In this document: positions 35,742-44,612 of the stretch, in pieces
How positions within the stretch are numbered: the stretch's first letter is position 1
Layout: each line of letters begins with the position of its first letter
Assembly: GCA_054600435.1 (NCBI GenBank)
Contig: BAAIJX010000012.1
Coordinates: forward strand, 1-64,000
Length of the DNA stretch: 64,000 nt
Reading direction: 5' to 3'
DNA from: Neophaeotheca triangularis
Lineage: Eukaryota
Position numbers and translations under genes: made by a program
Notes under the pieces: model-generated
Databases searched by the model: none
Seen by the model: only the letters and a program-made list of their open reading frames with translations
What the model was told of the DNA's origin: nothing

Positions 35742-38312
35742 ATGAGCCAGAAGAAAGGATGGGGGTCCCTACTCACCGGAGCTGTGGCCGGCCTCGAGTC
35801 GCGATTGGACACTATTCTTGCCGAGGACAGTGAGGCTTCTGCACGAGCTCGGGCGGCAGAGCAAGCTCTCAAAGACGCCAAAGGCAAGCAAGCTGGTTCA
35901 GGCAGCCTAGCTCCGCCTCCGGGGGGCAACAGTGCCAGTGGTTCTGGGGATGCGTCTCGTTCGAGGGTTAACGACCGTCTGGCAGAGCGTCTAGCGAAAG
36001 CTACCCAGCAGAAGCCTACTAGCCAGACAGGGAGCAAAGTTCCCAGCCGCGTTGCTAGCCCAAGCGTAGAGGATGGGAAGAAGAGCGAGAGAGCAAGTGG
36101 TGAAGCGGCAAGACCTGTACCCGAGTCTGAGAGGGCGGAGGATGTCAAGCAGGATGCGGCCAAGTCGGATGAGCCTACCAGCCTGAATGGCGATGTCGAG
36201 AAGCCGGACTCAGCAGAGAAAGGTGATCTCACTACTTCAGGGCTACCCATAAATCCTGCCAAAGTTTCAATCGACACGCCACGAGCTTCCAGTGAGGTGC
36301 AGCAAGACGAAAGCTCTACGCGACCTTCCTCCGAGCAGCCGACAGGGACTTCGCAACCAGCAAAGGATGCTGCTGAACTTGAGACTGAGCTCCAGCGTTT
36401 GCAACAAGAGCACGCCGAGTCCGAGAAGCAACGCAAAGAAGAGATGAACTCCCATCTTGAGCGCATAGATGCGCTGCAGGCAAAGCTACAGTACTTGGCC
36501 AAGGACAGCGTCGCCGCTGCGAAGGAAGCAAACGCTTCAGCACCGAGCGGCACCCTTGAGCAGCAGGTCGCTGAGAAAGACGAGAGAATCGCATTGCTGA
36601 TACAAGAGGGCGAAAAGCTATCCAAGACCGAGATGAGGCATTTGCAGACAATCAAGAAACTGCGAGCAAAGACTACGGAAGAAGACAAAGCTACGGCGGG
36701 TATGAGAAAGAAGCTCGAACGTGCTGAGCGCGCCGAACAGGATCTCAAGCAAAAGTTGCGCAAAGCTGAAATGGCGGATAGACAGGCCAATGAGAAGCTC
36801 AAGCAGATTGCTAGTATTGAGAAGGTGGTGGGAGAGTTGCAGACAGATCGCGAGAATGCCTCGGAGCTGATCAGGAAACTCACTGCGCAATTGCGTGAGT
36901 CAGAGAGAAAAGCAGAACAGGCGCAGAAGGAGGTCAATAGTAGGGCCGCAGAAGCAGACAAGGGTAGGATTGCTGGGTTGGAGAATGAGCTTGAAGATGC
37001 GCAAATTGAGAGGAAGCTCGCGGAAGATAGGGCCGTGGCAGAAGCGAAGAGGGGGAAGGAGGAAACTGATCGGCAGCGTGAGAGGTCCGCCCTGGCAGAG
37101 TCCGAGCTAAAGAATGAGATTGCAGGTTTGGAGTCCAGGCTCGAGGCTATGCGAACAAGAGCTGAAGAGGCAAGCTCGGAGGGTGCTGGTGGTGAGGGCA
37201 GCGTGCATCTTCTTCGACAGGTGGAGATGGTGCAGAGTCAATATTCACAAGCCAAGGAGAACTGGGAGACCATTGAGGGCAGTTTGAATGCGAGGCTTGC
37301 GGCGCTGGAGAAGGAGAGAGATGAGGGGGCGAAGCGAGAGACGGAGGTAAGGCGAAAGGCTAGAGATGTTGGGGGAAGATGTCGGAAGGCTGAGGAGGAG
37401 GTTGAGAGTGTACGGGAAGATGTTAGACGTCTGGAGGCCGAACTTTCCGCAAAGTCTGATCAAGCAAGATCGATGCAGGAGCGACTTGGTCAGGCTGAGG
37501 CGACTGAAAGGGATGCCAAGGCGGACGTCGAACGCCAACGCAAGGTCTGGGAGACTGAATTGGCCCAGCGACTCGAAGAAGAAAAGGCAAAATGGCGCCG
37601 TCAAGCTCCTACACTTCGGACCGAGTCGCCAGCAATCTACAGCCGGAAAGCATCGACTCAAGATCCAGTTCACTTGCCCCCACGCTGGCAACACCGCTCT
37701 TCATCCACGCGCCTGAACCCCCCTCAAGACTCTTCTCCATCCGAGATCCGTCCCAACTCCTCTTACTCACGCCGGGGCTCGACATTGCCCACCCCGACGA
37801 ACCCCAACTTCCCATCAACGCCGGGTCTCAGTCGGCAAGAAAGTTGCCAATCGCTTTCCACGCATACACCCAACGAAGGGCCGCCCACACCTTCTGTTGA
37901 TGCCGAAGCCGACAATTTCGGCACCTCGACACCGCCTTTGCCGCTCGACGAGTTGGTTAGCACGACCACCTCTGGCGCCGGACCGAGCGTGCAGCTTGTC
38001 GAGCGTTTGTCCACCGCAGTGAGGCGTTTGGAGAGCGAGAAGGCTGCTACGCGGGACGAATTGAGTCGGCTTTCGTCTCAGCGAGACCAAGCGAGGGATG
38101 AAGTTGTGGCGCTGATGCGGGAAGTTGAGGCAAGTAGGGAGACGGGAAAGAAGGTCGAGGGATTGGAAAAGGAATTGGCTGAGACGAAGCGCCGGTATGA
38201 GGCTAGTTTGGAGATGCTGGGAGAGAGAGAGGAACAGGTTGAGGAGCTGAAGGGGGACATTGGGGAGATGAAGAGGTTGTATCGGGAGTTGGTTGAGAAA
38301 GTTGGGAAGTGA
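35742..38312 (+). CDS. SGM1: TMF1/Sgm1-like golgin (coiled coil)
   Basis: GWGSLL..LESRLDTIL N-terminus, IALLIQEGEKLSKTE..TIKKLR, SVQLVERLSTAVRRLESE..RYEASLEMLGE..VEELKGD..MKRLYR. Confidence 0.88.
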   Translation: MSQKKGWGSLLTGAVAGLESRLDTILAEDSEASARARAAEQALKDAKGKQAGSGSLAPPPGGNSASGSGDASRSRVNDRLAERLAKATQQKPTSQTGSKVPSRVASPSVEDGKKSERASGEAARPVPESERAEDVKQDAAKSDEPTSLNGDVEKPDSAEKGDLTTSGLPINPAKVSIDTPRASSEVQQDESSTRPSSEQPTGTSQPAKDAAELETELQRLQQEHAESEKQRKEEMNSHLERIDALQAKLQYLAKDSVAAAKEANASAPSGTLEQQVAEKDERIALLIQEGEKLSKTEMRHLQTIKKLRAKTTEEDKATAGMRKKLERAERAEQDLKQKLRKAEMADRQANEKLKQIASIEKVVGELQTDRENASELIRKLTAQLRESERKAEQAQKEVNSRAAEADKGRIAGLENELEDAQIERKLAEDRAVAEAKRGKEETDRQRERSALAESELKNEIAGLESRLEAMRTRAEEASSEGAGGEGSVHLLRQVEMVQSQYSQAKENWETIEGSLNARLAALEKERDEGAKRETEVRRKARDVGGRCRKAEEEVESVREDVRRLEAELSAKSDQARSMQERLGQAEATERDAKADVERQRKVWETELAQRLEEEKAKWRRQAPTLRTESPAIYSRKASTQDPVHLPPRWQHRSSSTRLNPPQDSSPSEIRPNSSYSRRGSTLPTPTNPNFPSTPGLSRQESCQSLSTHTPNEGPPTPSVDAEADNFGTSTPPLPLDELVSTTTSGAGPSVQLVERLSTAVRRLESEKAATRDELSRLSSQRDQARDEVVALMREVEASRETGKKVEGLEKELAETKRRYEASLEMLGEREEQVEELKGDIGEMKRLYRELVEKVGK

Positions 38313-40300
38313 TACTGCTTTCTAGTCTAGCAGTACTTGCGAGGATTTAATCATAGATTGCCCGCTACGCTTTGTGAATGTTTCCATCAATCTGACAAAT
38401 GTTCGTTAACTGTCGCTTTTTCCATTCGTCTGGCGCTCTTGCTTTACTATTTTCCTAACCTTTCCCCTCTGGATACTTACCTGTTTACCGCTGCATTCCT
38501 CCCCGCGCCAAAACTCACAAGAAGACAAGCACAAGATGATGCCGTCCCCGGCAGAAAGACTATACCCGTTTGGCCACCTGTTTGCACTAGAAAGTCGAGA
38601 CCAATCTTGACCTGCTTATTGGACACCAAGTCAATGTCTGGAGGCGCCGAGGATACCTTGGTCGATTGAACCAGACAATCGCGAGAGCCGATACTCCAGA
38701 CTTCTCAACAGGTTCAGTGTTGCAGGCGCGTGCTGGTCCTGATCCCTGCGATGTATACTGACTCCAGCTGTTCGCCCTTCGTGGGCCGAGGGGTTATAAA
38801 ACTGCGGTCCTCCTTTGTTATAATTTCTCTTTCCTTTTAATTTCCCTTCTTTTCGAATGTGTGCAACAAATCTCTCGTGGAGACGCAAGCAAACAAGTCC
38901 TTCAGCTAAACTTTTTGGCAAGTTGCAAGGCACGCCATGTATGATTCAGTGAGCAGAAAAAACCATGGGCATTGGGTGGAGGCATTGGGAGCCCCCCTTA
39001 TCCCGACCAAGAGTATCAAAACCAGCGGCCTAGTCTTATCATTTTGACCAGTCGCACGCAGTAGCCTTCCCTTGGTCTTCGAATGCAAGATTGGACCTTG
39101 CCACGGATGAGGTTGAAAAGCAGTGGAGGCTAGGTCTTTCCTGTACATCTTGTACGTGGCAGATGCAGATCCAGAGGATAGGCAGCTTCTGTGCCGAGGG
39201 AGAAGGACTTCCTCAGTAGGTCACTCTCATCAGGCTAACGACTGGTAGATGCGGGCTCCTTTGCTGTCTTCTTGCTACATCATAAAATGATCCCGAAGCG
39301 CTCAGGACATGCCCCTGGATGGGGGACATACATCATTACGACGGCTACTTGCTTCAGAATTTCGTCAGGTGCTGGACCGCGAACGTCGAACGTGGTCTAG
39401 GGACGGTTTTTAGTGAGGAACGTGGAATGGTTTCCCTAATGCTCGAGGGATTGAATGTCGTTGGAGTGGATCTTCCTCGCTTTCTCGACCGTCTGCTGAC
39501 AGTACCTTCAGGGGTGCTGGAGGCATCTGAGCAGTGTCTGTGAAGGCGTTGTGGGGAGGCCTTCGTTCAAGCACCATACCTGTGCTCTCAAGGAGAAGAG
39601 CTTACCTGCTCAGTCTAGTAATACCAGTGCAAGGACTCTCCGCATCTTACCACAAACCTGGTAAGTTTTTCGAATGTTGGCCCGGCTCAGTACCACGCTC
39701 TAGACGGCTTCGAAGCGATGATAGGCCCTTGTCTTAATGAAAAACGAGCACGTCCAGGAGCACGAGAGTGGCCATAATCACAGACCGTACTTACTCGTAG
39801 CACCGTAAACGAAGCGTTCCAAAGCCGGGCCCAGTGGGAAGCCTATCGAGATCTGCCAAAGCTCGTTTCAACGGACACACAGCCTTCGCTTACCTTGGTG
39901 AGTATTCTTTGAAGCCACTTTGCGGCGTATAGCAAGAGTGACTACAGATCCCGGCTCAACTGGTGATTGGACGGCGCGAGTGTAGTGAAGTGATTGATCC
40001 AGCTGTTAAAATATTAGTCTCTCAAGACACTCCCCTTCCAGGCCAATTACCATGAATACTCTCCCTCTCTAGCAGTAGGCCATGATTGCGAAATTCACGC
40101 TGTCGTCTCTCCCTTGAGCGGCGCAGAGGTCTTCCTCATTTGTGGAAGAAAATATAGGCCCAGGTCCAGTAGAGATCCAATCTTCATGGCAAAAATTTCA
40201 AATTTGGAATGCTGTAGAGGTGATGGTAGTTGAAAAGGCTATAAGTACCACCCACAACACGACCAATGCCCGGGCATACTCCTCGAGTGTGTTAAGGTGT

Positions 40301-40314
40301 AAAAACAGCAAAAA
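40301..40314 (-). terminator. RNA polymerase III oligo(T) terminators (two T5 runs) downstream of tRNA-Ser
   Basis: AAAAA at 40310-40314 and 40301-40305 on + read as TTTTT on minus, starting ~14 nt after the discriminator base. Confidence 0.75.
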
Positions 40315-40327
40315 GATACGCCATTGG

Positions 40328-40461
40328 CGACGTGGGCAGGATTCGAACCTACGCCCCCGAAGGGAATTGATTTCTAGTCACTGTGGGAAGTCAGCATTGG
40401 CTCAAATAGGCAGGAATAGCGGGGAAGACCGACATCGCAGTGACCACTTTGCTACCACGCC
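40328..40461 (-). tRNA. tRNA-Ser(AGA) with a 53-nt GT-AG intron (40381-40433) in the anticodon stem between positions 28 and 29
   Basis: The spliced sequence GGCGTGG TA GCA AAGTGGTCAC TGC G AT|TGA CTAGAAA TCAAT TCCCTTCGGGGGC GTAGG TTCGAAT CCTGC CCACGTC G folds into a full cloverleaf with a long variable arm and G73. A box TAGCAAAGTGG, B box GGTTCGAATCC. Confidence 0.93.
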
Positions 40462-40501
40462 CAATTCCTTGACGGTTGTTGAGTTGGCTGGGGCCAAATG
40501 G

Positions 40502-40508
40502 TATATAA
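40502..40508 (-). promoter_or_regulatory. TATA-like element ~40 nt upstream of tRNA-Ser
   Basis: TTATATA on minus; position is consistent with upstream TATA elements of fungal tRNA genes. Confidence 0.4.
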
Positions 40509-41838
40509 CACTTTTGCAAAAGACTGGAGCGGCGACGCCAGGCTGGAAATGGATTGTGACGAGAAAGCGGAGACGTGTCTGTTCTGGACGAGCTATTTGA
40601 CCCTTACAGAGTCCCGCTGGCTGTAAAACCTAGCCTCGCTTTTTGTTTCGGCCTTCGGATATTCGGATCAGGGGCAGCCGACGACGGCTTGGACGGCTTG
40701 CCCGGAAATCCGAGTTCCATGCCCCAACGGGGTTCTTGGCAGACAAAGTGTTGTGCCAGGTATCGTCTGATCGATGCTTCCTCTAAATTGCAAAGGCTAG
40801 GATATCGAAAAACTCACTTGTTTTTAACTTGGCGTTCACCAAGACTCGAACTATTGGCTCAAATCTTTACGACGGCGAGCTCGTAGCTAGAGATTCCAAG
40901 GAGACCTGCGACGCCCGCTAAATCACATCCGACTGGCTTCGTTGATGGATTTGACCAAGTTGGTGGTTTCCCCTGAAGTGTTGATTTAGACTCGAACTGA
41001 AGCTTCGATGTGTCAAATTGCAAGGTCGAGGACAAAGTCTCGAGGGTGGTTAACGATGCCCGCTCGAGGACCTCCTACCAACACCGGTAGATATATGGAC
41101 AGATCGACCAAGTTGATGGTCTTCCCTATAATATTGATGATTGTTCGATCTCAGGGGTAACGGAAGTTAGTCATATCACGAGGCTGTTATCCCATGCATT
41201 GGAACAGCGTTGATGCTATTAGTCGTCATTCGTTTGGAAGATGGAGGGACTGTTCGCCATGGATTCCTCTCGACCTTGACGAGCGCCCTCCACGAGACGA
41301 CTCGGGCAATGTTCTGACTCGTCTTTGCGTTGTAGCATTCTGAAGTAATTTTCAACGAAAAGTTCTGGCAGTGTGTAGGGGGTATCGTTACAGATGATGG
41401 ATCGAGAATGCATGGGTAGGGGCACAACGCCTCGTAAAACACCAAGTCTCTTCAGAACCACGCAATTTGTGGGCACTTTCAGTGAGACTTGAAAGATGGG
41501 AAGATAATACTGGCGCAGCTCTTGGAGTGAGACGATGCTGGGATGGCAGAATGTCTTCGGGTTGGAAGTAGATTGGGCCTGTCCAGCAAAGGGAACGAGT
41601 AGTCATTTAGCTCTCATCGGGAGTAGCGTCGACTTTATACTAGGGCAGTGGTATTGAGGTTTTCCAGACTGCTCTTGTCGTATGACGTTGAGGTATTCAA
41701 ATTTTCGCATTGAGAGGTATCAGACTAATTCACGACACACATCGATCAGTCAAAGATGGAGAAAAGAGCGATTCGAGCAACTGTTCCACAGAGGGTACAG
41801 CAAAATCTATCAATAATCAGTAGAAACGCTCGAGACAC

Positions 41839-43027
41839 TCAAACCTCCGGGTAAATGTCACTAATAAATCGTCAGCGATGAACATTCCTACATTGGACAT
41901 CTTGAGAATACTCACGTCCTCCTCAACAACGGCATCTCCTTTCGTATTGTTCGTATCCTCTCGAAATCAATCTCGGCGTACCCAATTGCAGGCTCATCCT
42001 CAGCCTCGCCACTCAACTCCGTCAAAATCTCACCCCACGGCGAAATAACAACACTATGGCCATAGCTGGTTCGCTTCTCATTATGCTTACCCACCTGCGC
42101 CGCCGCAATGACATACGCCTGGCTTTCTATCGCACGAGCCTGCAAAAGCGGCATCCAATGAACCTTGCCAGTCTCGGGAGCGAAAGCGCTTGGGTAGAGG
42201 ATGCAATCCGCCTTTTGACGCGCCAGACTGAGAGCAATTTCGGGAAACCTCAAGTCGTAGCAGATTGCGCTCCCAAGTCTGCCTACGGGACTCTCGAAAG
42301 GTGGTAAAATTTCGTCTCCAGGTTGTACCGTAGTCGACTCCCTCATCACGGGGCCGCCTTTGATCTCGAGATCAAATAGATGGAGCTTCTTGTAGCGTTG
42401 ACTAATCTCACCCCTGGCGTCGATCCATAGAAGACTGTTGATCATTCGGTTGGATTCGCTCTCACTGGGCTCATGGACACCAACAGAGATCGGAAGCTTA
42501 TGTTTGCGGGCCTCCTCTCTCAGGCCCTGAAGGAACAGAGATTTGTCGGCTGGCTGGCATAACGAGAGGCTCTCGTCTGGGTTGGATCCGACGTAATCGC
42601 TAGCCTCCGGTAGAAACAGTGCCTATCTGAATGCATTGAGCGATTGTCGTCAAACTCTTCAAGAAATCCTACTACTGACCTTGGCGCCTTTCTCCGCCGC
42701 GCGTTGAATCACTGTCCTGCATTGTGATAGATTATGGGACATTGATGCAGTCGAACATATTTGACCGATCGCCTGTTGAAACGATTAGTCGTGCAATTGA
42801 AGAAATTCACGGCTCTGCTCAACCCTTGAACTCACCGCGAGAGCCATCTTTGGAGCAGGGTTCGTGCTCTGAGGTAAGCTTTGCGACGCTTGAGCGTCTG
42901 TTTCTGGGATCGGCACTGTTTTGGTCATGCTTGTGGAATGTAGAAGAGAAGTGGTAGAGAAGGACAGTTTCGTACTTTTTGTCGTCGCTGGTGGCTTTGG
43001 TAGTTTCGTGACCCAACGAGGCATCAT
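41839..43027 (-). CDS. NIT2: Nitrilase-family deaminated-glutathione amidase (yeast Nit2/human NIT1-like); exons 43027 (or 42847)-42836, 42772-42680, 42622-41916, 41860-41839
   Basis: AIGQICST, LFLPEASDY, YKKLHLFD, AICYDLRFPE (Glu-Lys-Cys triad), ARAIESQ, SYGHS, RRT|DIYPEV. Three canonical introns: 42773-42835, 42623-42679, 41861-41915. Confidence 0.9.
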
Positions 43028-43486
43028 CGATTTATACGCAAAAGCGCCGCCGTTAGAAGAAACGTCCGAAACGCAGCCCTGGAGATGCATGGCTGTTCAC
43101 TTCGCCTGACTTCTAAGGCATCAACTGCGGATATGAACACGCTAGCGCGCAAGGGCACGTGCTTACCAGGCACCTAAAATTCGAGTTCCGCAAATTCAAC
43201 TTCAACTTCATCGCTTCACCACCACTTCCATCAACAACACCACCGTGGTGACCACGTTTGGCTTCTTGCCGCTTTCAACCACTCACTTGAGCGCCTCCAG
43301 TCTCAACACACTCTGCTGCTGTCTCTCGACGGGCCCACAGGACATGTTGTAGCAGGCAGTATGGAGACACGACGTTCAACACCCTCTTGTCCACTTGCAC
43401 CGTGAGGTGTACTTTGTCGACGAGACTAGCTCTTGCAAAGGTATGTCTACACCCGATCCCTCCCGCCAACTCCAGCCACGCTCCCA

Positions 43487-43564
43487 AGGATGTCAAAACT
43501 TTACACGAACAATCCAATTCCTATAGCGTCATGCAGGACTTTACAATCTCTAGAATTACACTGA
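43487..43564 (+). ncRNA. Box C/D snoRNA, U45/SNORD45-like (18S Am, human A159-equivalent)
   Basis: Variant C box AGGATGT; D box CTGA 43561-43564 preceded by CTCTAGAATTAC, antisense to conserved 18S GUAAUUCUAGAG. Confidence 0.78.
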
Positions 43565-43750
43565 GACCGAGCATCCATCACAAGTCCTTGCGCTTCCATG
43601 GCCTTTTCAACCTTGCTAACTTGATAGCTCAGGAAACACAACACTTCCTTGTCAATTTTTCGCTGCTTCCGTGGACGGTCACTCTTCAATCTAGCATGAC
43701 TTGAAAAGGTATGCCTAACACCCTCTTCCATTCCCCTCACCTGCCCTTTT

Positions 43751-43836
43751 GTGATGAAACTTTGACAAGAATTGGCATTCCTCGATCCAAAAATACAATG
43801 TGGATTTTGTCTTTTATAAGTTTCAGCCTTGTCTGA
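43751..43836 (+). ncRNA. snR41: Box C/D snoRNA snR41 (18S Gm1126, yeast numbering)
   Basis: C box GTGATGA; 15-nt guide TAAGTTTCAGCCTTG antisense to 18S CAAGGCUGAAACUUA before CTGA 43833-43836; D+5 rule gives G. Confidence 0.88.
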
Positions 43837-43954
43837 TTCGACATCCCGTCACATACATCTCGCCGGATCATCAACATGAAGAGCCTTTCACTAATAGACT
43901 CTTCAGGTACATTAAGTCCCTTTCAAAGCCTGCCGGCACTCGTAGCCATGTTAC

Positions 43955-44088
43955 ATGATGAGACCTCCGAACGCGTCGGGCGGACAGAGCGCATAGCACA
44001 CCCCTCATCGGAGCATCCATCAAAGCGGGACGTACAAATCCTGCGGGTGTTTTGGTGAGGGAGTGGCTGTTGAGAAAGCGTTGTCTGA
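43955..44088 (+). ncRNA. snR70: Box C/D snoRNA snR70 (18S Cm1639, yeast numbering)
   Basis: C box ATGATGA; D' guide GCGtCGGGCGG-A-CAGA antisense to 18S CCGCCCGUCGC (1 mismatch); extra GTACAAA complement; D box 44085-44088. The snR41-snR70-snR51 order matches the yeast cluster. Confidence 0.8.
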
Positions 44089-44217
44089 TCTAGTCGGCGG
44101 AGTCCAGCTGGCGAGTGTGCATACATGCTGCTGAATAAGTGCTGACATGATCGATAGGTACTGCCATCACTATCCCCTTCCCACTGCCATAGGCCCCCGG
44201 CAACGGCCATCTCTGCA

Positions 44218-44378
44218 ATGATGAACAACTATTCACACTGTTTGAACCAACTTTCGTTGTAACGAGCGGAAGCGGTTATGAACGTACAAAATACACTGAA
44301 AATTCTGATTTAATGAGGTATGTTGGATCCAGACTTGAGACCGTTCCCAAAACTTGTGCTGACCATGTGATAGCCTGA
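44218..44378 (+). ncRNA. snR51: Box C/D snoRNA snR51 (25S Um2729 and 18S Am100, yeast numbering), interrupted by intron 44318-44373
   Basis: C box ATGATGA; D' guide TATTCACACTG-T-TTGA (25S CAGUGUGAAUA); D guide CTGATTTAATGAG|C-CTGA (18S GCUCAUUAAAUCAG), completed only after splicing. Confidence 0.88.
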
Positions 44379-44535
44379 TCGCAGAGAAGAACAACACGCA
44401 GCTGTTATTACCAAACGTTGCCGAGTGTGTAGCTAATGCGAAGACACACTACAGGTCATTGCCATGCCACGACAGCATTGGATTCGATAGAATGAGTGAG
44501 TTTTATCGTCTTGCACTTCTCCCTTTCCCCTTCAA

Positions 44536-44612
44536 ATGATGTCAACCTTTTTATCTTAGCGGATTCCACTGCAATTACATTGAAGACCCTTCACGAAAAT
44601 CAAAATCTCTGA
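44536..44612 (+). ncRNA. Box C/D snoRNA with two 25S guides (family unassigned)
   Basis: C box ATGATGT; guide CTTAGCGGATTCC (25S GGAAUCCGCUAAG); C' TTGAAGA; guide GAAAATCAAAATC-T-CTGA (25S GAUUUUGAUUUUC). Confidence 0.78.

Noticed and set aside
35723..36961. 412-aa minus-strand ORF (and similar long antisense ORFs 10835..11683, 22669..23706, 24942..25691, 49105..50034)
   Set aside because: Antisense shadows of well-supported genes, expected from codon bias in GC-rich CDS; no motifs.
38473..38483. ATACTTACCTG, identical to the U1 snRNA 5' end
   Set aside because: No U1-70K loop, U1A loop or Sm site follows; it is better read as a minus-strand 5' splice site.
40381..40433. Reading the tRNA insert as a canonical 37/38 tRNA intron (anticodon TCT)
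   Set aside because: The 5' stem would be ATGTC against TCAAT (3 mismatches) with no U33. The long variable arm and G73 indicate Ser, and the AGA anticodon loop lies intact downstream of the insert.
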